From: an uncultured Gammaproteobacteria bacterium
GTDB lineage: Bacteria; Patescibacteriota; Microgenomatia; UBA1406; GWC2-37-13
DNA length: 64,000 bases
Assembly (NCBI GenBank): GCA_964401915.1
Contig: CAYOAI010000001.1
Location: forward strand, 4,987-68,986
Reading direction: 5' to 3'
The notes beneath the pieces are model-generated. The model ran no database searches. It saw nothing but the letters and a program-made list of their open reading frames with translations, and was not told the origin of the DNA. A program made the translations under genes and the position numbers. Below, piece after piece: positions 19,879-27,019 of this stretch (position 1 is the stretch's first letter; each line of letters opens with the position of its first letter).

Positions 19879-21083
19879 ACTACTTTACCTTTTTGCTAAA
19901 ATCAGCTCTTTTTAATTTTTCCAGAAACAAGGGAAGAACTTTTTTGACGTCTTTGGGCATTCTTATTGGTGTGATGTCGGTGGTGCTCCTGACAGCTGCT
20001 GGACTTGGTCTTAAAAAATATATTCAAGATCAGTTTGAGAGTATTGGTACAAATACACTACGAATTATTCCAGGAACGGCAATTCGCAATGGGAAATTCC
20101 AAGGTGGTACGTCTGCAATTGGCAGTATTCGCTTTGATCTAAAGGATCTAAGAAGTGTGAAGCGAATTAAGTCCATTGAATACGTTGCGCCGGTATTTAC
20201 AAGAAACAGTGAAGTCTCCTACGGCAAAAAGACAGAGTATGCTGATATGTATGCAACAACCGATGAGATATTCCCAAGTTTAAATTTTGAGAAATCAAAA
20301 GGAGAACTCTTCACAAGAAGCGACTCAGAAAAAAGCAATAAGATAGCCGTGATTGGGCCCAAGCTGGGCGAAAAACTTTTTGGTCAGGCAGAAGACGCTG
20401 TAGGGAATGCTATAAAAGTCGACAATCTTAATTTTCGTGTGGTGGGTGTGACAAAATCTAAGGGCGGTGGAGGACTTGGAGGGCCGGATTTAGATTCGCT
20501 CATATTCGTACCATATCGAAGCGCATATTCATTTAATCCAGACAAGAAATTCGTGACACTTGTTGTTAAAGTAAAGCCGGGACAGTCAATTGCAGATGTA
20601 AAAGAAGACATAACCAAGGTGCTTCTGAGGCGATACAAAGAGGATGATTTTTCTGTATTTGAACCGACAGAGGTGCTGGGTGCTTTAAACTCAATATTTG
20701 GAACTCTCAATATTGCACTTGTTGCAATTGCAGCGATTTCACTCGTTGTGGGTGGAATAGGAATAATGAATATTATGTATGTCACGGTGACAGAAAAGAC
20801 AAAAGAAATTGGAATACGTCGTGCAATAGGAGCAAGAAAAAACGACATATTATTTCAGTTTCTTATTGAGTCAGTCATTCTTTCTCTTTTTGGAGGGGTT
20901 ATGGGACTGGTTTTTTCTCTTATTATTGTATTTTTCGTTCAGAGAGTTTTTCCAGCATATGTTGATCTGCCGACAGTAGTGCTGGCAATTGGTGTATCAT
21001 CGGGAATTGGGGTTATCTTTGGAGTATTTCCAGCTAAGAAAGCTGCAGACCTATCTCCAATTGATGCTATACGATATGAGTAA
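19875..21083 (+). CDS. ABC transporter permease (MacB/FtsX-type)
   Basis: 402 aa. N-terminal TM segment, a large extracytoplasmic domain and a C-terminal FtsX-like 3-TM bundle (EKTKEIGIRRAIGARKNDIL). ATGA overlap with the ATPase gene. Confidence 0.85.
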   Translation: MNYFTFLLKSALFNFSRNKGRTFLTSLGILIGVMSVVLLTAAGLGLKKYIQDQFESIGTNTLRIIPGTAIRNGKFQGGTSAIGSIRFDLKDLRSVKRIKSIEYVAPVFTRNSEVSYGKKTEYADMYATTDEIFPSLNFEKSKGELFTRSDSEKSNKIAVIGPKLGEKLFGQAEDAVGNAIKVDNLNFRVVGVTKSKGGGGLGGPDLDSLIFVPYRSAYSFNPDKKFVTLVVKVKPGQSIADVKEDITKVLLRRYKEDDFSVFEPTEVLGALNSIFGTLNIALVAIAAISLVVGGIGIMNIMYVTVTEKTKEIGIRRAIGARKNDILFQFLIESVILSLFGGVMGLVFSLIIVFFVQRVFPAYVDLPTVVLAIGVSSGIGVIFGVFPAKKAADLSPIDAIRYE

Positions 21084-21101
21084 GCTCTATAGCTTGGATG
21101 C

Positions 21102-22217
21102 CTAAAATCTGCGATTTACAAAATGCGTGATCTGCTCTTTGAATTGGGAGTACGAATATTTTTCACTTTTGCGTCTGGCATTTTTTCTCATTGTGAGGTA
21201 CTCTTTGTGACTCAAGCTTTCGATTTTTTTTATTTTCTCGACTAAGGATGTGGGGGAGAGTTCGTTGTATAGATAGCCATTTTCTCCATCTTTCACAGTC
21301 TCTATAAGGCCTCCTGAGCGATACGCAATGACAGGGACTCCATATCCCATCGCCTCAACCGGAGCAATGCCAAATTCTTCATCCCGGCTTGCAAAAAGAA
21401 AGGCCTTAGCACTTTTATATATGTTCGCAAATTCTCCATCTTCCACGTATCCAAGAAATTCAACAGTCGGACCTGCGATAGATTTGAGGTAAGCTTCGTC
21501 TCTGCCTGTTCCAATAATTTTTAGTACAAAGTTCATAGTATTGGCTGCCTTGATAAGGATATCTATGTGTTTTGCTTTTCCCACTCTAGAAACTGTGACG
21601 TAATAGGAGTTTTTGTCTTCATACTTCTTAATTTCGGGGAGTGGCGGTATTTCAACAGGTGGGTATATCACTTTCGAATCCCTGCGATACAATTTTTGAA
21701 TCCTTCGCTTTGTCTCTTCAGAGTTTGCGATAAGATAATCTGGTCTTTTGGTTGAGTAGAAGTCCCAGATGCGAAGCCTGTGATTTATGATATGGGCATA
21801 GATTCGAACTGCAAAGTATTTTTGCCATTCCACAGCTGTCTCGTAGCCATATAGATATCGAGGTTGATGATGAATATATGAGATGTGTATTGTTGGTTTT
21901 TTAGTAATTATACCTTTTGACATATACCAACCTGATGATGATATCACAAGGCCGTAACCCGTGAAATCAAAGCTTTCCCAGATTAATGGTGCTAAAAAGC
22001 GAAGGGGAGAGTATAGCTTGCCAAAAAAAGGAATGCGTGCTGCCCACGATGTTTTTATATTCCAATTTTTGGAGTTAGGCGCATGATATGCAAGATTTTT
22101 TTTATTTACGAAGGCGGTGTAGATGTCGGCCGATGGATATATCTTCTTCAGCGCGAGAAATACTCGCTCTGCTCCTCCAAACTCTTGGAGTTGATCGTGC
22201 ACAAGGGCTATTTTCAT
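21102..22217 (-). CDS. Glycosyltransferase family 4
   Basis: MKIALVHDQLQEFGGAERV.. with a C-terminal EEFGIAPVEAMGYGVPVIAYRSGGLIETVKDGENGYLY. Confidence 0.8.
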   Translation of the reverse strand: MKIALVHDQLQEFGGAERVFLALKKIYPSADIYTAFVNKKNLAYHAPNSKNWNIKTSWAARIPFFGKLYSPLRFLAPLIWESFDFTGYGLVISSSGWYMSKGIITKKPTIHISYIHHQPRYLYGYETAVEWQKYFAVRIYAHIINHRLRIWDFYSTKRPDYLIANSEETKRRIQKLYRRDSKVIYPPVEIPPLPEIKKYEDKNSYYVTVSRVGKAKHIDILIKAANTMNFVLKIIGTGRDEAYLKSIAGPTVEFLGYVEDGEFANIYKSAKAFLFASRDEEFGIAPVEAMGYGVPVIAYRSGGLIETVKDGENGYLYNELSPTSLVEKIKKIESLSHKEYLTMRKNARRKSEKYSYSQFKEQITHFVNRRF

Positions 22218-22226
22218 CTTGAATAT

Positions 22227-22232
22227 ATTATA
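22227..22232 (-). promoter_or_regulatory. -10 box TATAAT, 9 nt upstream of the GT4 ATG (22217)
   Basis: The minus strand reads TATAAT-atattcaag-ATG. The whole divergent intergenic region is only 28 nt. Confidence 0.5.
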
Positions 22233-22245
22233 CTTTACGTAAGCT

Positions 22246-23028
22246 ATGAATCAGATAAATGCACTAATCTTGGGTATTGTTGAGGGGATCACAGAATTTT
22301 TACCCATCTCTTCCACAGCCCACCTCCTTATTGCATCTCGCCTAATGCGTATTGTCCAGACGGATTTTGTCAAGGTATTTGAGGTGGCTATTCAATCGGG
22401 GGCAATTTTGGCCGTCTTTTTCTTATATATAGGTTTTTTTTTGAAAAATAAAGAAACTGTCAAATGGATTATCGTATCTTTTATTCCGACAGCTCTTGTT
22501 GGTCTTGCACTCCATAAGATAATCAAAGGTGTTTTCTTTGAATCAATGGCGCTCATCATAATAAGCCTTTTTACAGTTGGTGTGATTTTTCTTGTGGTTG
22601 AGTACTTAATCAAAAAAGGAAAATTGCCACAGACAAAATCAATAAATAAGATGACTTTAAGGGATGCTCTATATATTGGTTTTGCGCAATCTTTGGCGGT
22701 TGTGCCTGGAGTATCACGTGCTGGGATCGTCATCGTTGCTATGATGGGGCTTAAGTTTAAAAGAGAAGAAGCGGCTATATATTCTTTCCTTCTGGCCGTG
22801 CCTACAATATTTGCTGCAACTGCTCTGGATTTGTACCAGAGTAGGGAGATTTTATTGACAAGCGCGTCAAACGCATCATATCTTATGATTGGATTTGTTA
22901 CTTCATTTGTCTTTGCATATATCTCAGTACGTTGGCTCATTGAATATCTCAAAAATCACACATTGGTTGGATTTGGTATTTATCGAATAGCATTGTCTAT
23001 TTTTTTACTGCTTTTTTTATTACAATAA
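22246..23028 (+). CDS. uppP: Undecaprenyl-diphosphate phosphatase
   Basis: ILGIVEGITEFLPISSTAHL.. and ..PGVSRAGIVI are the BacA/UppP signature motifs. About 8 TM segments. Confidence 0.9.
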   Translation: MNQINALILGIVEGITEFLPISSTAHLLIASRLMRIVQTDFVKVFEVAIQSGAILAVFFLYIGFFLKNKETVKWIIVSFIPTALVGLALHKIIKGVFFESMALIIISLFTVGVIFLVVEYLIKKGKLPQTKSINKMTLRDALYIGFAQSLAVVPGVSRAGIVIVAMMGLKFKREEAAIYSFLLAVPTIFAATALDLYQSREILLTSASNASYLMIGFVTSFVFAYISVRWLIEYLKNHTLVGFGIYRIALSIFLLLFLLQ

Positions 23029-23039
23029 GGATCGCTTTT

Positions 23040-23110
23040 GGGCCTGTAGGTAAGTGGTATACCGCACCCTTCGCATGGGTGAGTTCGGGGTTCGATTCCC
23101 CGCAGGTCCA
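23040..23110 (+). tRNA. tRNA-Ala (anticodon CGC)
   Basis: Hand-folded cloverleaf. Acceptor GGGCCTG/CAGGTCC carries the G3:U70 Ala identity pair. Anticodon stem is CACCC/GGGTG with loop TTCGCAT, the T-loop is TTCGATT and the discriminator is A. No encoded CCA. Confidence 0.85.
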
Positions 23111-23168
23111 CTTTTAGAACGACGTCAAAAGATGGTAAAGTTGAGCCCAGCGAAGCAAGTCGCTCAGG

Positions 23169-23174
23169 TATAAT
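23169..23174 (+). promoter_or_regulatory. Possible -10 box (TATAAT) 11 nt upstream of tRNA-Ile
   Basis: Perfect TATAAT hexamer in the Ala-Ile spacer. No convincing -35. Confidence 0.35.
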
Positions 23175-23185
23175 AAGGGGGAGCA

Positions 23186-23258
23186 GCGTCTGTAGCTCAG
23201 CGGTTAGAGCACCATTCTTATAAAGTGGGGGTCGATGGTTCAAATCCATCCAGACGCA
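23186..23258 (+). tRNA. tRNA-Ile (anticodon UAU)
   Basis: Acceptor GCGTCTG/CAGACGC. D arm GCTC-AGCGGTTA-GAGC. Anticodon stem CCATT/AGTGG with loop CTTATAA, giving anticodon TAT. T arm GATGG-TTCAAAT-CCATC. Discriminator A. Confidence 0.8.
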
Positions 23259-23275
23259 CCGTTCAGTAAAAGTAA

Positions 23276-23348
23276 GCAGAGGTAGCCAAGGTGGTCACGG
23301 CGGGGGTCTGAAAAACCTCAGATGTCAGTTCGACTCTGACCCTCTGCA
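23276..23348 (+). tRNA. tRNA-Phe (anticodon GAA)
   Basis: Acceptor GCAGAGG/CCTCTGC. Anticodon stem GGGGT/ACCTC with loop CTGAAAA. T arm GTCAG-TTCGACT-CTGAC. The D stem has only 3 clean pairs and the variable loop is 4 nt, so the fold is slightly atypical. Confidence 0.75.
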
Positions 23349-23371
23349 CAAGGTGTGGGGGAAAATTGTAA

Positions 23372-23443
23372 GCGGTGGTAGTTCAGTGGTAGAATGTCTC
23401 GTTGCCAACGAGAAGGTCGGGGGTTCGAATCCCCTCCACCGCT
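23372..23443 (+). tRNA. tRNA-Gly (anticodon GCC)
   Basis: Acceptor GCGGTGG/CCACCGC. Anticodon stem TCTCG/CGAGA with loop TTGCCAA. T arm GGGGG-TTCGAAT-CCCCT. Discriminator T. Confidence 0.85.
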
Positions 23444-23529
23444 CTGGTTCGACAAGCTCACCATTCGCGTGAGGTTGCCGAAGCAAATTAGATGGGAAAT
23501 GAGAAGTTTACCCTGAGCCAAGTCGAAGG

Positions 23530-23547
23530 GAATCCCCTCCACCGCTC
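23530..23547 (+). repeat. 18-nt direct repeat of the tRNA-Gly 3' end (GAATCCCCTCCACCGCTC)
   Basis: Identical to 23427-23444 (T-loop through discriminator +1). The copies start 103 nt apart. Confidence 0.9.
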
Positions 23548-23555
23548 AGATTTAT

Positions 23556-24008
23556 ATGATATATAAAATTACAGTCGGTCTTTTGGTGATTGTGTTTATT
23601 GTTATAATAATTTCTATTATTAATGCTAAAAATAGCAACAACCCAAAAACTATGAATACAACAACGTCAAATCAGGGCAAGTCGTCTAAGTTGAAGATAG
23701 AAGACACGAAAGTAGGACGGGGCGTGGCGGTAAAAAGTGGTGACACGATCCTCATTCACTACAGAGGAACACTTACAAATGGGGCAGAATTTGACAACTC
23801 GTATAAGCGTGAGGAACCGTTTGAGACTGCAATTGGCGTAGGGCGCGTAATTGAAGGTTGGGACAAGGGAGTAATTGGTATGAAGGTTGGAGGCAAAAGG
23901 AAACTTACAATTCCACCAGATATGGGATATGGTAGTCAGGGAGCGGGGGATGCTATTCCGCCCAACTCCACCCTTATCTTTGAGGTTGAACTCATGGGGA
24001 TAAAGTAA
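23556..24008 (+). CDS. FKBP-type peptidyl-prolyl cis-trans isomerase, membrane anchored
   Basis: N-terminal TM helix followed by GDTILIHYRGTLTNGAEFDNSY..IGVGRVIEGWDKGVIGMKVGGKRKLTIPPDMGYG..IPPNSTLIFEVEL. Confidence 0.85.
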   Translation: MIYKITVGLLVIVFIVIIISIINAKNSNNPKTMNTTTSNQGKSSKLKIEDTKVGRGVAVKSGDTILIHYRGTLTNGAEFDNSYKREEPFETAIGVGRVIEGWDKGVIGMKVGGKRKLTIPPDMGYGSQGAGDAIPPNSTLIFEVELMGIK

Positions 24009-24023
24009 TCTTCTATTTTTTTA

Positions 24024-24671
24024 CTACTTCTCAATATTTATCCCACGAATTTCCATTACCCGGAGCTTGTGTCCATCTGATTCAATCTTAATATTCGCCA
24101 GATTTTCCAACACTCCCCGCTGAAGGAGCTGTGGATAGGTAGCGTACTCAAGATATACAAGAAGAGCGCGGAGAATACCAGCATGGGTAACAAGGATAAT
24201 ATTTTGTTTTTTATGTGACGCGGCAACTTTTTGTATATATGGGATAATCCGCTCAATAATCTGCGTGTATGATTCCACTTCAGGATGCTCTTCCAGTTGT
24301 GGCCAAAATTCTGAGATAGAGAGATGTGATAGTTCTGGGAAATGCTTATTTTGAATACTCTCAAGATCCATACCTTCAAACATTCCATAAGCTCTTTCCT
24401 GCAGTTTATCTGTGAGCTTTACTTGAAGATTTTTTTTAGAATAAATGAGACGTGCTGTTTGCTTAGCCCTGTGTAGATTGGATGAGTATATTGCGTCGAT
24501 ATCAAGCGTATTAAAAAATTTCGCTGCTTTTTGCGCCTGGGCAATACCATCTGTATTAAGCCCTACACCTTTGCGTCCTTGAAGTAACTTTTTCGTGTTC
24601 CAGTCGGTCTCTCCATGACGAACTATATAGAGTGTGCAGAAATCATTGTATTTCTTTTTTGTTTGCATCAT
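24024..24671 (-). CDS. Histidine phosphatase family protein (phosphoglycerate mutase-like)
   Basis: LYIVRHGETDWN catalytic RHG motif, with ..VTHAGILRAL near the C-terminus. Confidence 0.8.
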   Translation of the reverse strand: MMQTKKKYNDFCTLYIVRHGETDWNTKKLLQGRKGVGLNTDGIAQAQKAAKFFNTLDIDAIYSSNLHRAKQTARLIYSKKNLQVKLTDKLQERAYGMFEGMDLESIQNKHFPELSHLSISEFWPQLEEHPEVESYTQIIERIIPYIQKVAASHKKQNIILVTHAGILRALLVYLEYATYPQLLQRGVLENLANIKIESDGHKLRVMEIRGINIEK

Positions 24672-24684
24672 AGTCAGGAGATTT

Positions 24685-26127
24685 TTATTTAAATCTATAG
24701 ATCTCGACCCATTGAGATTTATAGTAGAGATTTAGCTGCTTTTTAAGTGTATTAAGCTCAGTCGCTGGCATATCAGTATTGCCCTTCGCAGCAATCACAT
24801 AGGATGCTTCATGCTGCCTTAGATCAAGCACAGACTGAGCGTTTGCTGCCACATCTGGGGGAGCTCCGAGCACCCATCCTTTGCGATGTGCAAGTAGTAG
24901 GGGGACTGAGTTCTGTGTTGCCAGATAGACTGTTTTTCCGTCCTTGGGAATATGTTTTTCTATTTCACTCGCTATTTTGAGCTGCTCCGGTGTCGTACTT
25001 ACTGTGAAATAATACTGACTTGTGCGGTATCCGTTGTATATCACCAGAAACACAATAGCAGCAGTAATTACTAAGCTCATCACTTTTGCCCTGTGCTTAA
25101 TAATACCTAAAAAGTAAGATGCCCCATAAGCTGCCGTGATCACAATAGGCACGAGGTATACATCCGCATAGTATTGATGAATTATATTTCCATTTGGGGC
25201 AAAATACCAATACACAGGGATTCCAACGAGCCAGAGAAGTAGAAATATGACTACTTTATTTCGTCTGATGCAAAAGCTCACGACTCCAAGTAGAGCAAAA
25301 AAGGAGATGGATTTCCCGACAACCTCTCCAACAATATTTTTTAGAATAAGGCGATCAATAAGGATGCTTTTCTGATATAGTAGATCGCGGCCTTGCAACA
25401 CCCATTCTTCCCATGTACTGTCGGCTTCGGGAAAGTGCCATTGCCACCATTTCCACATTTTATAAAAGGTAATACCACCAAAAGCCAAAAAGGGATATTC
25501 CCAAAGTTGCGCTTTATAAGTCCAGGCCAGAAATACAAACGAGGGCACGACAAGAATAATAAATGGCCGAGTCCCGATTGAGAGTGTGAGTGCCACAATG
25601 CTTGATGCAAAGAGCCAGATATTTTTATTCTCTTTCCACGACACATAGAGGGCCAGCGCAAGTAGTACGAGGGTGACTGCGAAGATATCGGGGTGGATTG
25701 CGTGACCCAAGAAAAATATTGATGCCGGAGCAAATGAATAGAAAAAGCTTGACCAAAAAGCTGTCTGTTCGTCGATAAATTTCTTGACGAATATATAGAG
25801 TGAGGTCACGGCTACTATATATAGGAATATATTAAAAAGGTGCGCAACTTCTATATGGTAGCCAAACACTCTGTAGAGAAGTCCGATGACATATCCATAT
25901 GTGGGGAATTCGAGGAAAAAATATCCATTGATATTGCCTTGAGGTCTGATGAGACTACTTTGTGGATAGAGGATATTGTGATTGGTGAAGGCGAAGTGGT
26001 AGGCGACGTTCTCGGTATCAGTCTGTCGCGTGATGTGGGCATCGATTGGTGGAAGGTGAAAGTTCTGGAAGCGGATTGCGCATCCGGCAAGAATAATAAT
26101 TATGAGCAGTGCTTTTTTGAAGGACAT
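24685..26127 (-). CDS. GT-C glycosyltransferase, ArnT/PMT-like
   Basis: The track ORF 24685..26202 has an N-terminal 25 aa (..VGSNPT..) that is a read-through of tRNA-Ser. The real start is MSFKKALLIIIILAGC at 26127. Polytopic with a C-terminal soluble domain. Confidence 0.6.
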   Translation of the reverse strand: MSFKKALLIIIILAGCAIRFQNFHLPPIDAHITRQTDTENVAYHFAFTNHNILYPQSSLIRPQGNINGYFFLEFPTYGYVIGLLYRVFGYHIEVAHLFNIFLYIVAVTSLYIFVKKFIDEQTAFWSSFFYSFAPASIFFLGHAIHPDIFAVTLVLLALALYVSWKENKNIWLFASSIVALTLSIGTRPFIILVVPSFVFLAWTYKAQLWEYPFLAFGGITFYKMWKWWQWHFPEADSTWEEWVLQGRDLLYQKSILIDRLILKNIVGEVVGKSISFFALLGVVSFCIRRNKVVIFLLLWLVGIPVYWYFAPNGNIIHQYYADVYLVPIVITAAYGASYFLGIIKHRAKVMSLVITAAIVFLVIYNGYRTSQYYFTVSTTPEQLKIASEIEKHIPKDGKTVYLATQNSVPLLLAHRKGWVLGAPPDVAANAQSVLDLRQHEASYVIAAKGNTDMPATELNTLKKQLNLYYKSQWVEIYRFK

Positions 26128-26136
26128 TACCAAAAA

Positions 26137-26145
26137 ATTATAGCA
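26137..26145 (-). promoter_or_regulatory. Extended -10 promoter (TGcTATAAT), 9 nt upstream of ATG 26127
   Basis: The minus strand reads TGCTATAAT-tttttggta-ATG. It lies immediately downstream of tRNA-Ser. Confidence 0.5.
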
Positions 26146-26150
26146 CAGAG

Positions 26151-26235
26151 CGGAGAGGGTGGGATTCGAACCCACGAAGGTTTTATCCTTATCGGTTTTC
26201 AAGACCGACGCACTAGGCCACTATGCGACCTCTCC
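26151..26235 (-). tRNA. tRNA-Ser (anticodon UGA), class II
   Basis: The rc reads GGAGAGGTCGCATAGTGGCCTAGTGCG-TCGGT-CTTGAAA-ACCGA, then a long variable arm (AAGG..CCTT), then GTGGG-TTCGAAT-CCCAC-CCTCTCC-G. Confidence 0.85.
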
Positions 26236-26248
26236 TGCCTAAGACGGC

Positions 26249-26270
26249 AGGTCACCGTTTTAGGTGACCT
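26249..26270. other. Perfect 8-bp hairpin in the tRNA-Cys/tRNA-Ser spacer
   Basis: AGGTCACC-gtttta-GGTGACCT. No U-tract on the transcribed (minus) strand, so it is more likely a processing or structural element than a terminator. Confidence 0.4.
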
Positions 26271-26290
26271 TTCAATAAAAATATTTTATG

Positions 26291-26362
26291 AGGCTCGGAG
26301 GGGAATCGAACCCCTGCATAGCGGTTTTGCAGACCGCCGCGTTACCTCTTCGCCACCGAGCC
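26291..26362 (-). tRNA. tRNA-Cys (anticodon GCA)
   Basis: The rc reads GGCTCGG-TG-GCGAAGAGGTAACGC-G-GCGGT-CTGCAAA-ACCGC-TATGC-AGGGG-TTCGATT-CCCCT-CCGAGCC-T. Confidence 0.85.
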
Positions 26363-26441
26363 AGCGAGCTTACAGAATACGGGATCCCGCACAACTTAGG
26401 CTAAATCTTTCGATTTAGCTAATTGATGCTGGGACACACCC

Positions 26442-26463
26442 CCGCGTTACCTCTTCGCCACCG
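26442..26463. repeat. 22-nt direct repeat of the tRNA-Cys 5' half (CCGCGTTACCTCTTCGCCACCG on the plus strand)
   Basis: Identical to 26337-26358. The match extends to 26 nt with one mismatch. The copies start 105 nt apart. Confidence 0.9.
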
Positions 26464-26539
26464 CACCACACGCTTTCATATTGTACCGCACCATCTGTTT
26501 ATTCACAAATTGATGGATATGTATCTTATACTACTTACA

Positions 26540-27019
26540 ATGACTTCACACTTCATCAGCCCTACATACGGGAAGCTGTCAGTTGAGGAGCTCAAAAGTA
26601 CGATCTCCAAATACATGGAGACCGACAAGGCAGGCAAGTATGAGATCGTGATTGGTACTGATTCCAAAAAGTCAAAGACCGATGGATACGACTTCGTCAC
26701 AGTATTTGTTATACATCACCTGGGACATGGTGGGATATATTTCTGGAACAGGTCGCAGGTTGTCCAGAAGATGAGTCTTAAGGAGCGGATATATCGAGAG
26801 GCTCTTATGTCTCTTCAGAGTAGCGAGGACTTTATTAGCCTTTTCAAGACCAATGGCATAGGTCGCCAGAATGTACAGATTCATGTAGATATTGGTCCGC
26901 GTGGTGAGACTCGCACGATGATTCAAGAGATTGTTGGTATGGTGCGTAGCAATGGATATGATGTCAAGACTAAGCCTTACGCTTTTGGCGCCTCAAATGT
27001 CGCAGATCGCCACACTTAA
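26540..27019 (+). CDS. DUF458 / YkuK-like RNase H-fold protein
   Basis: Track ORF 26423..27019. Its first 39 aa run over the tRNA-Cys fragment. The likely start is MTSHFISPTYG at 26540, preceded by TATACT (26527-26532). Motifs: YEIVIGTDSKK, FVTVFVIHHLGHGG, IHVDIGPRGETR and KPYAFGASNVADRHT. Confidence 0.65.
   Translation: MTSHFISPTYGKLSVEELKSTISKYMETDKAGKYEIVIGTDSKKSKTDGYDFVTVFVIHHLGHGGIYFWNRSQVVQKMSLKERIYREALMSLQSSEDFISLFKTNGIGRQNVQIHVDIGPRGETRTMIQEIVGMVRSNGYDVKTKPYAFGASNVADRHT

Noticed and set aside
20384-20848. A 154-aa antisense ORF inside the ABC permease gene. Similar cases are 22392..22952 (in uppP), 37796..38254 (in aspS), 42380..42868 (in infB) and 38550..38879/39621..39989 (in recJ).
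   Set aside because: All are entirely contained in well-supported genes on the opposite strand. No motifs were found, and this is typical shadow-frame behaviour.
22980-23542. Track ORFs 22980..23249 and 23318..23542 (minus strand), and 25840..26418 (plus strand).
   Set aside because: They run across the tRNA genes, and peptide strings such as GIEPRT, GDSNPRP and GIEPLH are translated T-arms. They are not coding.
26128-26202. N-terminal 25-aa extension of the GT-C ORF (start 26202), and the 39-aa extension of the YkuK-like ORF (start 26423).
   Set aside because: The extensions overlap tRNA-Ser and the tRNA-Cys fragment. Internal ATGs are preceded by -10 boxes at leaderless spacing.
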